From an uncultured Chroococcidiopsis sp. (GTDB lineage Bacteria > Cyanobacteriota > Cyanobacteriia > Cyanobacteriales > Chroococcidiopsidaceae), in contig CAXTYC010000005.1 in assembly GCA_964248365.1 (NCBI GenBank), forward strand, positions 96,001 to 160,000: a stretch of DNA of 64,000 nt, written 5' to 3'. How positions within the stretch are numbered: the first letter of the stretch is position 1; the number at the start of each line of letters is the position of its first letter. Of the stretch, positions 9,875-18,533 are shown in pieces. A model generated the notes under the pieces. The model did no database searches. It was not told the origin of the DNA and was given only the letters and a program-made list of their open reading frames with translations. A program made the translations under genes and the position numbers.

Positions 9875-10631
9875 ATGAATACTCTTACTGCTTGGTTCTA
9901 CAATGATTTGCAACAGGTTGGTGTTGATTTTGAGGATGCTGCACAAGTTGCAGTTTTTGACCGCAATCAGACATCGTCAAGTCAAGCAGCTGAGCGATCG
10001 CTAATTAAATATCTTGGCATTTCGACACGACATACTATAATCGACTTTGGTGCAGGTACTGGTACGTTTGCCATCGAAGCAGCACTTGCAGGCGCTCATG
10101 TGTATGCTGTTGATGTGTCAAAGGCTATGCTAGCATTGGCTCAAAAAAAAGCCGACGATGCAAATGCAGTCAATATCGAGTTTCATCACGCTGGCTTTCT
10201 AACCTACGAACACAAAGCCGAACCAGTTGATTTTGTGGTGACAAAAGCGGAAAAATTGGGGTGTGGCTTCGCCTCCCCCAATATTTTCCAAGACAGCTGC
10301 ACTTCACCATCTCCCCGATTTTTGGAAAATGGTTGCATTTTTACGGATGGCTGCCATGCTTAAGGATGGAGGTGTTCTCTATCTAAGAGACGTGATTTTT
10401 TCTTTTCCTCCTGGTGAGTATCAATCTCATATCGATGCTTGGATTAAAAAGGCGGCAAAGCCTGCTGGCGAAGGCTTCACAACTAGTGACTTTGAAATGC
10501 ACGTCCGAGAAGAACACAGCACTTTCGCTTGGATTATTGAAGGTATGCTGATTAAGGCAGGGTTTAAAATTGAAACAGCGGATTATCCTTCACCTGTATT
10601 TGCTCAATATATTTGTAGGAAGGGTAGATAA
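9875..10631 (+). pseudogene. Class I SAM-dependent methyltransferase split by a 49-bp hairpin insertion
   Basis: DFGAGTG motif I in ORF 9875-10363; ALHHLPDFWK in ORF 10263-10631; removing 10247-10295 restores DFVVTKAALHHL. Confidence 0.85.
10247..10295. mobile_element. Small hairpin insertion (SDR/MITE-like)
   Basis: GGAAAAATTGGGG...CCCCCAATATTTTCC stem; GC repeated at both junctions. Confidence 0.7.
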
Positions 10632-10635
10632 GCAC

Positions 10636-11220
10636 CTAGGCCGCCAACACTTGCTCTGCGGTTAAGTTTAGTTGCGAGAAAGTCCGAGATACAATCGAAT
10701 CTGTTCGTTTAAACTCTGTTGACTCGTAGCATCCATCAACCAGTAGCAAAACAATCACCTTGGCTTGTTGTAAATCTACAATCCAATACTCAGGAATCCC
10801 GATTGTCCGATACTCTTGTTCTTTAGCTTGATAGTCTGTCTTCTTCGAGCTTGGGCTAACTATTTCCACAACCCGCAATGGTGCAGTTCTCATAACAGCG
10901 GCTTTCGACTTCTGGGCTTTCACTACAGCCCATTGCTCTGTCGTCATTATGCACAAGTCTGGAGTGCGAGAGCGATCTTTGCCACTATTAGGATTAATAC
11001 CTACATACACGCCCACATCCCGCTTGACTATCCAAGTTTGTTGCTGCTTGCTAATTTCGGCTTTAAAAACATCAGATAATAGATTGATCGCATCTGAATG
11101 CTCACCTGTTGGTAGTGGAACCATTACTAGCTCACCATCCACCAACTCATAGCGATTATCCGTACCGTCATCGTAAGTCAAATATTCCTCAAAAGTAAGC
11201 TTTAAGGGTGTCTGAGTCAT
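10636..11220 (-). CDS. Uma2 / DUF820 family PD-(D/E)XK protein
   Basis: LTFEEYL, RYELVDGEL, RTPD, VEIVSPS and GIPEYWIVD motifs. Confidence 0.92.
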   Translation of the reverse strand: MTQTPLKLTFEEYLTYDDGTDNRYELVDGELVMVPLPTGEHSDAINLLSDVFKAEISKQQQTWIVKRDVGVYVGINPNSGKDRSRTPDLCIMTTEQWAVVKAQKSKAAVMRTAPLRVVEIVSPSSKKTDYQAKEQEYRTIGIPEYWIVDLQQAKVIVLLLVDGCYESTEFKRTDSIVSRTFSQLNLTAEQVLAA

Positions 11221-11266
11221 GACAGCATCTCTAATTCAATGCGCTCAATAATATGAAGCATGATTA

Positions 11267-11659
11267 CTAAATCTTGCTCGATGCACGAAAAAAGTGCTGT
11301 TTTAGCACATCCAGGCGCGAACAATTCCAGTAATCAACGTGGGAAGCAATCAACCCCTCAGAATTGAGTTTTAATTCACTCCAACCAGGAACAGCAATTC
11401 GGGGTTTCCAGGGAAGGGGAGTATTCCAACTCAATGTCCACTCCATAGTAATCGTATCACCCTCACCCCGTATGTCGTGTAAATCCATTTTGGTAGCAAT
11501 GAAGAAAGTTTTGATAAAGCCAAACATTATTTTATAAAGCCAAAGCCCACGAAAGCGGCTGAGTGGATCTTGAAAGTAGATATCTTTGGCGTAGATACTG
11601 TATGTTTGATCGACAGGGAATTTTGCGTAGTCTTGTTTGAGAATTTGAATAATGTCCAT
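11267..11659 (-). CDS. DUF2358 (NTF2/SnoaL-like) protein
   Basis: QTYSIYAKDIYFQDP, PLPWKPRI and HVDYW motifs. Confidence 0.85.
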   Translation of the reverse strand: MDIIQILKQDYAKFPVDQTYSIYAKDIYFQDPLSRFRGLWLYKIMFGFIKTFFIATKMDLHDIRGEGDTITMEWTLSWNTPLPWKPRIAVPGWSELKLNSEGLIASHVDYWNCSRLDVLKQHFFRASSKI

Positions 11660-11677
11660 TGTTTTAATGCTCCTACA

Positions 11678-11706
11678 GTAGAGATGCTCGCGCGTCGCAT
11701 CTCTAC
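11678..11706. repeat. REP-like hairpin, GTAGAGA...TCTCTAC family
   Basis: GTAGAGATGC-TCGCGCGTC-GCATCTCTAC; related copies at 9837-9857, 38371-38395 and 51892-51919. Confidence 0.7.
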
Positions 11707-11711
11707 AAATT

Positions 11712-12302
11712 TTATGGTTCTACTTCTGACCAAAGTTTTTCTAGCCGACGCTTCCATGCTGCTATTACTAGTTCGCGGGATTGTTTACCCTGTTCTAAAT
11801 CACCTAATAATCCCTCTTCGTAGAAACGTTCTATATTTTGCAGGGTGGCTTCTAGGGATTGTCCCTGCTGCTTTTGTGCTTTGATAATTTGGCTAATCCG
11901 ATTTTCAACTAACTGATTAAACGCATCAGATAAACCTACTTGATTTAGCTCGATCAGTCTGGCGATCGCATCAGTAAAATCTCCTATTGCCAAATTTACC
12001 AAATTATGCTGAAATACCCCCCATACTACTCCTTGGTGCAAGGCATAGCGAACTTCCTGGGTGTCATCAAAGTTCGCTTCTAGCAACTGTTGCATAAATG
12101 GTTGTGCTGCCCCTGCTGAAGTAATCGGAAGTAGCACTCGCAGCCAAGATTCATCTTCCGAGAGCAGTACCAAAAGACGAAAATCAGGAGTTTCTATCTG
12201 CCAAGATCCTGGCGTGTTAGCAACGCTATCCCCAGCAATCGCTTGCACAGATGCTGAACTAAATAAATCTGTAAGTTTACTAGCAATTTCTTCAGGTTTC
12301 AT
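11712..12302 (-). CDS. Conserved cyanobacterial protein, CesT/YbjN-like chaperone fold
   Basis: LLEANFDDTQEVRYAL segment typical of this fold. Confidence 0.65.
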   Translation of the reverse strand: MKPEEIASKLTDLFSSASVQAIAGDSVANTPGSWQIETPDFRLLVLLSEDESWLRVLLPITSAGAAQPFMQQLLEANFDDTQEVRYALHQGVVWGVFQHNLVNLAIGDFTDAIARLIELNQVGLSDAFNQLVENRISQIIKAQKQQGQSLEATLQNIERFYEEGLLGDLEQGKQSRELVIAAWKRRLEKLWSEVEP

Positions 12303-12404
12303 ATACTATCCTGCCCAAACCAAGAAGGTGTCTATTACTAGTAGACTCCTTTTGCGCTCTGCTCGAATCAGCCTGATGGTAGTAACAATATAAGGAAAGC
12401 AAGA

Positions 12405-13964
12405 TTATACAGCTTGTACTCGTCCAGTCGGATTAGTAACCAAACCAAGTCTTTTAGCAATTTCGTCTGGAACAAAGCTAGGTATGCCAACTGATACTTG
12501 CAAAGCTAAGCTGCAATCAAGTACTGTCAAAAGAAAACCTCTAATTGCTTGCTTGTTCGGTATGGTATCTACCTGCGCTAAAAACTTACGCCAATTCACC
12601 TCATTATTGCCACAAAGATCTACCAGGTATAAGCTAGCAAGATATTCTGCCAAAAGATCGTAGGTAAAGCAAATTGAGTCTTGAGCCTTACCAACTGTTT
12701 GGATCATACCAAGGTGTTTTTCTAGATACTGGAGGTATGCTTGGGCTGCATTACGTCCATTTAGTGCAGTAATTGCAGCTAACACATGAGCGCGCTTAAC
12801 CGCGATTGGTTGATAGGTTTGCTTAACACATTCCCAGGCGATCGCTTTTGCATACTTTTGGACAGTTTTATGCTCGAATGCTATATTCCCAACACTAAAA
12901 TTAGAAGGTAAGCTAATTTCTTTTTTTTCGGTTTTTTGTTGTCTTAAAGTAATTTGTGTATTAATCCAAGCATCCAAAACTCTGGGGTGATGCTCTAAAA
13001 AGCTGACAAAAAGCAAAGAGCGAACTGGTAATTCATACTTGCCCAGTGAACCAGGCAAACTAATGCGTGTGTATTTTTTCAAAATATTGTTTATATTTAA
13101 TAACCATACAGGACGAAGCCACAGCATGAGCGACCATAATGATATTAGTGATAGCAAGTATATCAGGGCGCTCGCTATCAATTTGTGCTGAAACACCCAC
13201 CTATATGTTCGTTCTAAAATTCGCCCATCTTGCTCAGCTTTGAGCAATTTCAAAGACTGATTTAAAAGCGCTATTTCTGTATTTGAATTAGTTTTATTTT
13301 CTATTGCTTTAGACGCTGTTTCCAGTTGGGAAATAATTTTTTCCAATTCTGAACTTGATAATGACTGGGCATGATACTGAAAATCTACCGCAATTCTACC
13401 TAAAGCATAGGCAGCAGCTGAACTGGTTGACCGATCATTATCCTGCAAAACTGAGGTGAGAGCAGGGATTGCTGGTTGCGCTTCCTGACCCATACTACCT
13501 AAAGCCGTTGCTACAATAGAGCGAACTGACTTGTCATCGTCCTGTAATGCAACAGTAAGAGCAGGAAGTGCTATTTTAGCTCTAGCGCCCATGCTTCCTA
13601 AAGCCGTTGCCGCACTGGAGCGTACAATCGGACTTGTATCTTTTAGTGCTATGGCAAGAGCTGGAGTAGCTGACTGGGCTCCTATACCCATGCTGGCTAA
13701 AGCTGATGCCGCATTGATCTTCACTTTTTCATCGTGATGCCGCAAATTGCTTGCAAGAGTCTCAACAGCTGGCGAACCACATTTTCTTAAAGCCGCAATA
13801 GTAAAAATCCACTCCGCCGTATTGTTTAATTTTTTTATATGGCTGTTAATGTCTGCCTGGGAGCATTCTTTTGCCCAAACATTATTGTTCGGTAGATAAC
13901 AAAAGAGGCAAAATAAAGTAATTTGTAACCCTATAATTATTTTTTCTTTTTTGTTCTTATTCAT
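12405..13964 (-). CDS. Membrane-anchored HEAT/PBS-lyase repeat protein with a cytoplasmic helical domain
   Basis: Signal-like N-terminus, about four 33-aa repeats (VRSSAATALGSMG), a TM near aa 262-283, then PRVLDAW and AIAWEC motifs. Confidence 0.8.
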   Translation of the reverse strand: MNKNKKEKIIIGLQITLFCLFCYLPNNNVWAKECSQADINSHIKKLNNTAEWIFTIAALRKCGSPAVETLASNLRHHDEKVKINAASALASMGIGAQSATPALAIALKDTSPIVRSSAATALGSMGARAKIALPALTVALQDDDKSVRSIVATALGSMGQEAQPAIPALTSVLQDNDRSTSSAAAYALGRIAVDFQYHAQSLSSSELEKIISQLETASKAIENKTNSNTEIALLNQSLKLLKAEQDGRILERTYRWVFQHKLIASALIYLLSLISLWSLMLWLRPVWLLNINNILKKYTRISLPGSLGKYELPVRSLLFVSFLEHHPRVLDAWINTQITLRQQKTEKKEISLPSNFSVGNIAFEHKTVQKYAKAIAWECVKQTYQPIAVKRAHVLAAITALNGRNAAQAYLQYLEKHLGMIQTVGKAQDSICFTYDLLAEYLASLYLVDLCGNNEVNWRKFLAQVDTIPNKQAIRGFLLTVLDCSLALQVSVGIPSFVPDEIAKRLGLVTNPTGRVQAV

Positions 13965-14731
13965 ACGTTATTTTGCACTTTAACCTAAGCTCAATTGCCA
14001 TCATCAACATCTAACGTGCTAAGAGAAATATTAATGTTGTAAATAATTAGTAGTAGTTAATTTGTATATATTACTAATTTTATTGTCAATTCAAGCATAA
14101 ATAAAATGCATTTGTTAAGTGTAAACAGCTAAAAGTCAAAATCACCTTTTGTACTAAACTAAACAAAAGTGTTACTATTAAAAAAATTACCAAAATGGCA
14201 CTAAAATTTTTTGTATAAAAACAACAAAATGTCTAGTTAAAATTGTCAGATGTGTACATTATCATCGGAAAAGTATGTTATATATTATACATTAAATTGA
14301 TTCAACCACAACTATTATATTTAGTAAATACTTCGCTAGAAGCAATATTTAAGGTGTTGTACACAATCTGATGATAATGTCACACATAGAGGCTGTTTGG
14401 GCGGCTTCAAGGCAGCTTCGACGCGCTCGTCGCAAAGGCAATAAGAAGAAATCATCACAAGTTTTGTGCCGCTATATCTAATTAAACAGATTACTCAAAT
14501 AGAGTAAGCTTGAAGCCGCAAATACCTTTCGCTGCTAAACCAGTATTCACCTCAATTCACAATTAGGGTTAAAAACTGAATTGTGAATTGTGAATTATAA
14601 ATTACCTTCTGACAGATAAAGAATAAATACACATAGCTAGATGAGAATTGCTTTTAACAAGAGTTAGAGCAAGCAAAACAAGAGCTATAAAATTTTGCCT
14701 TTATAACTATCTAATACTTGGGATTAGCTCA

Positions 14732-16147
14732 TCAATTATCTTTCTGCTGTTTGGTAGGAAAATGGAATGTGCTGTCAGCCACTGCACGTACTTGGGATTT
14801 GAGTGCTGGTGGTGCTACTTTTTCTGCCTGCTCAAACAAAGCAGTTGCACTTTTGGTATCCCCATTAACTTTACGCAGAACTGCTTTACCAACCAAAGCT
14901 TTGAGGTGATTGTTGTCCTGAGCTAGAATTTGGTCATAGACATTTTCTGCATCAGCCGCTTTGCCCATAATTTCATACAACTGTGCTAGCTTTAAGCGCA
15001 AATCAATACGCTGAGGCTCTCGTTGAATAATTTGCTCAAGCTGCTTTGTGGCTTGTTCAAACTGCCCAGTTCGTTGTAGAGCATCGATATTTTCTATAGC
15101 ATTGTTATTATTAAACTGAGGTTGAAAAAATCGCTGGGAGCCTATGAGCAATATCAAAAGCATTGTGACTGAGCCAAGAGTTATATATAGTAATGACCTA
15201 CGTTTTAATACGTTATTACCAGGCGAAAGTAAACTACTAGCACTTTTTACTTGTACTTGGCTATCTGAACTGAAAAGATTTTGCGCTGCTGAGGAAGGCA
15301 ATTCTTGCTGTGACTGATACTTGTTTGGTAATGTACGGTTGAGCAAATTGAGGATTTGATGCTCTAAACCGGGATTATGAACTTTATTTAACTCCCAAAC
15401 TACCCAAAGCAGTGAAACAGCTGCACCTTTAGCTTCGAGCCTTGCCACATTATTATTCTGAATCAGCGGAACAAATGAATGGAAGATTTGATATTTAGCT
15501 TTTACAGCATTAAGATGTGCGGTTAATGGTTGTAGTTTTTTTGTAATTATTTGTTGGCTGACAGAGCTAGGTTCTAGTAAATCTGATTTAGTAAGTATCA
15601 ATGCTAAAGGATACTCTAAACCATTCAAATAAACTAGACTAGTGAGTGCCATTACTTGTTCAAAAATATCATCCAATACTTGAACATAAGCATCACTATG
15701 TCTTAGAGCATAGGCATCAATAAACACACAGCAACCATGAGAATTAAATACCATGTTGCGAAATTCCAGATTATGAATGTCGCAAATTTCACCAGGAATG
15801 TCATTCCAACTGAAGTTGCATAGTGTTTGTTCACCCCACAAACTTTGTTTTTTCAAGCTGAACTTAAAGTTCACAATTTTCATTGTGGGTGGCGGATATT
15901 GATTAGTCTGAACAATATAGTTAATAATTTTTTCAATATTTTCCTGTACTTGATCAGTTTGGCAATCAAACCACAATTTTTGCGGGTGTGCTGTTAGGTG
16001 ATTAGCTTGTAGTTCTACGTAGCTACCCACGATAAAAACCGTTTTACCTACACCTCTTTGACCAATGCTCAGTAAGTTAAATGTTTTTGTTTGTGCCAAA
16101 TTTTTAGAGAATACATTTATCTTTTTCTTTCCGACTCTTGCAGTCAT
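14732..16147 (-). CDS. TRAFAC-like GTPase domain + TM + TPR repeats
   Basis: G1 GQRGVGKT, G2-like YPPPT, G3 DIPGE, G4-like TKSD; TM LLYITLGSVTMLLILLIG; TPR-like C-terminus. Confidence 0.78.
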   Translation of the reverse strand: MTARVGKKKINVFSKNLAQTKTFNLLSIGQRGVGKTVFIVGSYVELQANHLTAHPQKLWFDCQTDQVQENIEKIINYIVQTNQYPPPTMKIVNFKFSLKKQSLWGEQTLCNFSWNDIPGEICDIHNLEFRNMVFNSHGCCVFIDAYALRHSDAYVQVLDDIFEQVMALTSLVYLNGLEYPLALILTKSDLLEPSSVSQQIITKKLQPLTAHLNAVKAKYQIFHSFVPLIQNNNVARLEAKGAAVSLLWVVWELNKVHNPGLEHQILNLLNRTLPNKYQSQQELPSSAAQNLFSSDSQVQVKSASSLLSPGNNVLKRRSLLYITLGSVTMLLILLIGSQRFFQPQFNNNNAIENIDALQRTGQFEQATKQLEQIIQREPQRIDLRLKLAQLYEIMGKAADAENVYDQILAQDNNHLKALVGKAVLRKVNGDTKSATALFEQAEKVAPPALKSQVRAVADSTFHFPTKQQKDN

Positions 16148-16433
16148 ACTGATTTCTTCCTGTCTACGCTATATAAGGTTAAGTTATAAAAATTTTTCGC
16201 AATTAGCAGCAGCATATCATTCAGTCATCAGCAAAAAAAGTTAAATTTATTACAAGGATATTCTGTAATTATACATAAATAGTCTCTACTGAGTAATAAA
16301 TATTGCTATAAACTACACAACTACTGAAAAACGCCTGAGAAATCTAATCCCTACTACTTGGTACTAATAAAAGTATAAAGCGAAAGTATATTGGACAACT
16401 CCTACATACAATAAGGCAATTAAGCAACAACTA

Positions 16434-18404
16434 CTAGCGCAGGGGTACAAAACCAGCCTGTTTGATCATTTGTTGTCCTTCTGAGGAAAATAGCAAATTA
16501 GCGTAGGCTATACCAGCCTGTTCATCAACACCGCCCTTTTGCCTAATAACGATAAATAAGCGTCTAGTTAGGGGATAAGAACCATTGGCAAAGGCAGTTA
16601 TATTCACACGATTTTTATTATTTATATCAAAAGGATATACAAAATACTGGTTATCTATAGTAGATAAGGGCAAAGGATTGATAGTAGCTAAGGACACAGA
16701 ATCTACAGATTTTTGCCCAATCACCTCACTGGCTGTAGCATAGCCAATTCCTCCAGGAGTTTTAGCAACGGAACGAATAGAGTCTGTTGTAGTTTCTACT
16801 TGTCGTACATTTTGGGTGAATTCGTGTCCTGCCAAGACTTTTTCTTTTATAAAATCCGCAGTTCCGCTAAATTGCGGGTTACGGGTAAAAGGAGTAATTG
16901 GCAGGTCAGAACCACCTACTTGTTTCCAGTTAGTAATTTTCCCAGTAAAAATATCTCTAATTTGATTTAAGCTTAAACCAGGAATAAGTATCTGGCGATT
17001 GACATAGAAGGCAATTCCATCGATCCCAATCGGTATCTGTTCTAAAGTAAAGCCAAGTTTTTGGGCTTGTAGGAATTCAGATTCTTTTATAGGTCGAGAA
17101 GATTGGGCAAAACTTAATTGACCTGCAAGCAACATTTTAATTCCAATTGTCGACCCATGTTTGTGTGGAATTGGGTCGGTATAAATTAATTTAAATTGCG
17201 GGTGAGCTTGCGCGATCGCTTTTACTATAGACAAAGATCGCAGTGGTGCAAAGCTAGTAGAACCTCCGTATTTAAAACTTCCCTGCGGTACATTGGGTAC
17301 ATCGGCTAATGTTTTGTAGACAACTGAATTTCTTGCCCAAGAAATTGAATCACGATAGTTTGAATTAGAAACACTCGCTAGCCGCAAACCATAAATACCA
17401 AAAGCCAAAGCTAAAACACTAGCAACAATGCCTATTAAGAGTAACAGTTGAGTTTTTTGGTGTGCCAACACAAAATCATGATTAGCACTTTTATTTAAAG
17501 TTTGACTTAAATATTCTGTGTTAGAAATATTCTTCTGGTTAGTTTTTTTTGCCCTAGATGTATAAACATCTGCTGTATTGTCTGCTACTGTTTGTCGATT
17601 AAGCCAGGTTTTAATAGGTTCCTTAGTTTTATCTTTAACAACTAAACTGCGAGTGTTAACCTTTGCCAGGTACGAGGGCTGATTTTTTTTACCTAAAACT
17701 TGTTTATAGGACTGCAATTGTTGCTTGTAGCTCTGATAAACTTGTATAGCAGTAGTTTCATCAGGTGTAGGCTTTTGGGCATCTAGATCTGTTGTATCTA
17801 GGTTCAAACCATAAATGACATAACTGGTGTATATTGAAAGAGTTGCTATTTGCTGCTCGTAGGTTCGCCCATTTAGATCGATTACCGTTTCCTGTTCATA
17901 TACGGGGACAAACATTTCTAGCAATTCCCCTTGTCGCAAGGCAAAAAAGCTGCGCTGTCGAACAGCCAGCCCAATTGCTACCCCAGCTCGAGCTGGTTGG
18001 TAACTCCACAAGTTTGGTATCACTTTAGTCTTTAAGCAGGTTGATGGGTTGTGTCGATCTATCAGTGCTACTGGACCTTTTTCCAAACAAGTAAAAATAT
18101 TAGCAAGTTGAAACTCAAACAATGGCTCTGTTAGGTAATAGCAGACGAATAATGGTACATCACTACGACCTATGTCATCTGCTCCATCGTTGTATAACCA
18201 GCCAAACAAGGTTTGCTCTGGTGATACTTGATACAAGTAAACAGCACGATATCCAGGCGGAGGGGGATTGTAAGAATCCCAATACTGAGATACACGTTGC
18301 ATGAAGGCTTGCTGTATCTCTAGAGGCACAGAGGTACTAGCAAGGGTTCTAAATCCCCTAAGTGCAAAGCTGGTGTAAACAAGTTGACCGAGAAATAAGT
18401 ACAT
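16434..18404 (-). CDS. GAP1-N2-like N-terminal domain + TM + PstS-like (PBP_like_2) binding domain
   Basis: N-terminal GQLVYTSF..GFR and DDIGR; TM LLLLIGIVASVLALAFGIYGL; C-terminal YGGSTSFAP, GS..GI, QSSRP, DGIAFYVN, SGTADF, YPLTRRLF. Confidence 0.75.
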   Translation of the reverse strand: MYLFLGQLVYTSFALRGFRTLASTSVPLEIQQAFMQRVSQYWDSYNPPPPGYRAVYLYQVSPEQTLFGWLYNDGADDIGRSDVPLFVCYYLTEPLFEFQLANIFTCLEKGPVALIDRHNPSTCLKTKVIPNLWSYQPARAGVAIGLAVRQRSFFALRQGELLEMFVPVYEQETVIDLNGRTYEQQIATLSIYTSYVIYGLNLDTTDLDAQKPTPDETTAIQVYQSYKQQLQSYKQVLGKKNQPSYLAKVNTRSLVVKDKTKEPIKTWLNRQTVADNTADVYTSRAKKTNQKNISNTEYLSQTLNKSANHDFVLAHQKTQLLLLIGIVASVLALAFGIYGLRLASVSNSNYRDSISWARNSVVYKTLADVPNVPQGSFKYGGSTSFAPLRSLSIVKAIAQAHPQFKLIYTDPIPHKHGSTIGIKMLLAGQLSFAQSSRPIKESEFLQAQKLGFTLEQIPIGIDGIAFYVNRQILIPGLSLNQIRDIFTGKITNWKQVGGSDLPITPFTRNPQFSGTADFIKEKVLAGHEFTQNVRQVETTTDSIRSVAKTPGGIGYATASEVIGQKSVDSVSLATINPLPLSTIDNQYFVYPFDINNKNRVNITAFANGSYPLTRRLFIVIRQKGGVDEQAGIAYANLLFSSEGQQMIKQAGFVPLR

Positions 18405-18533
18405 GATATTGGGTCTGGAATACGTGTTTATGTTGAAATATGTTGCAAAAAAAGAGGGATGACATCAAGATTTTAATTGTGTCAGATGTATTTAGGTAGC
18501 AATTACAGAAGTATTTAGCCAAGTGAAAGCAAA

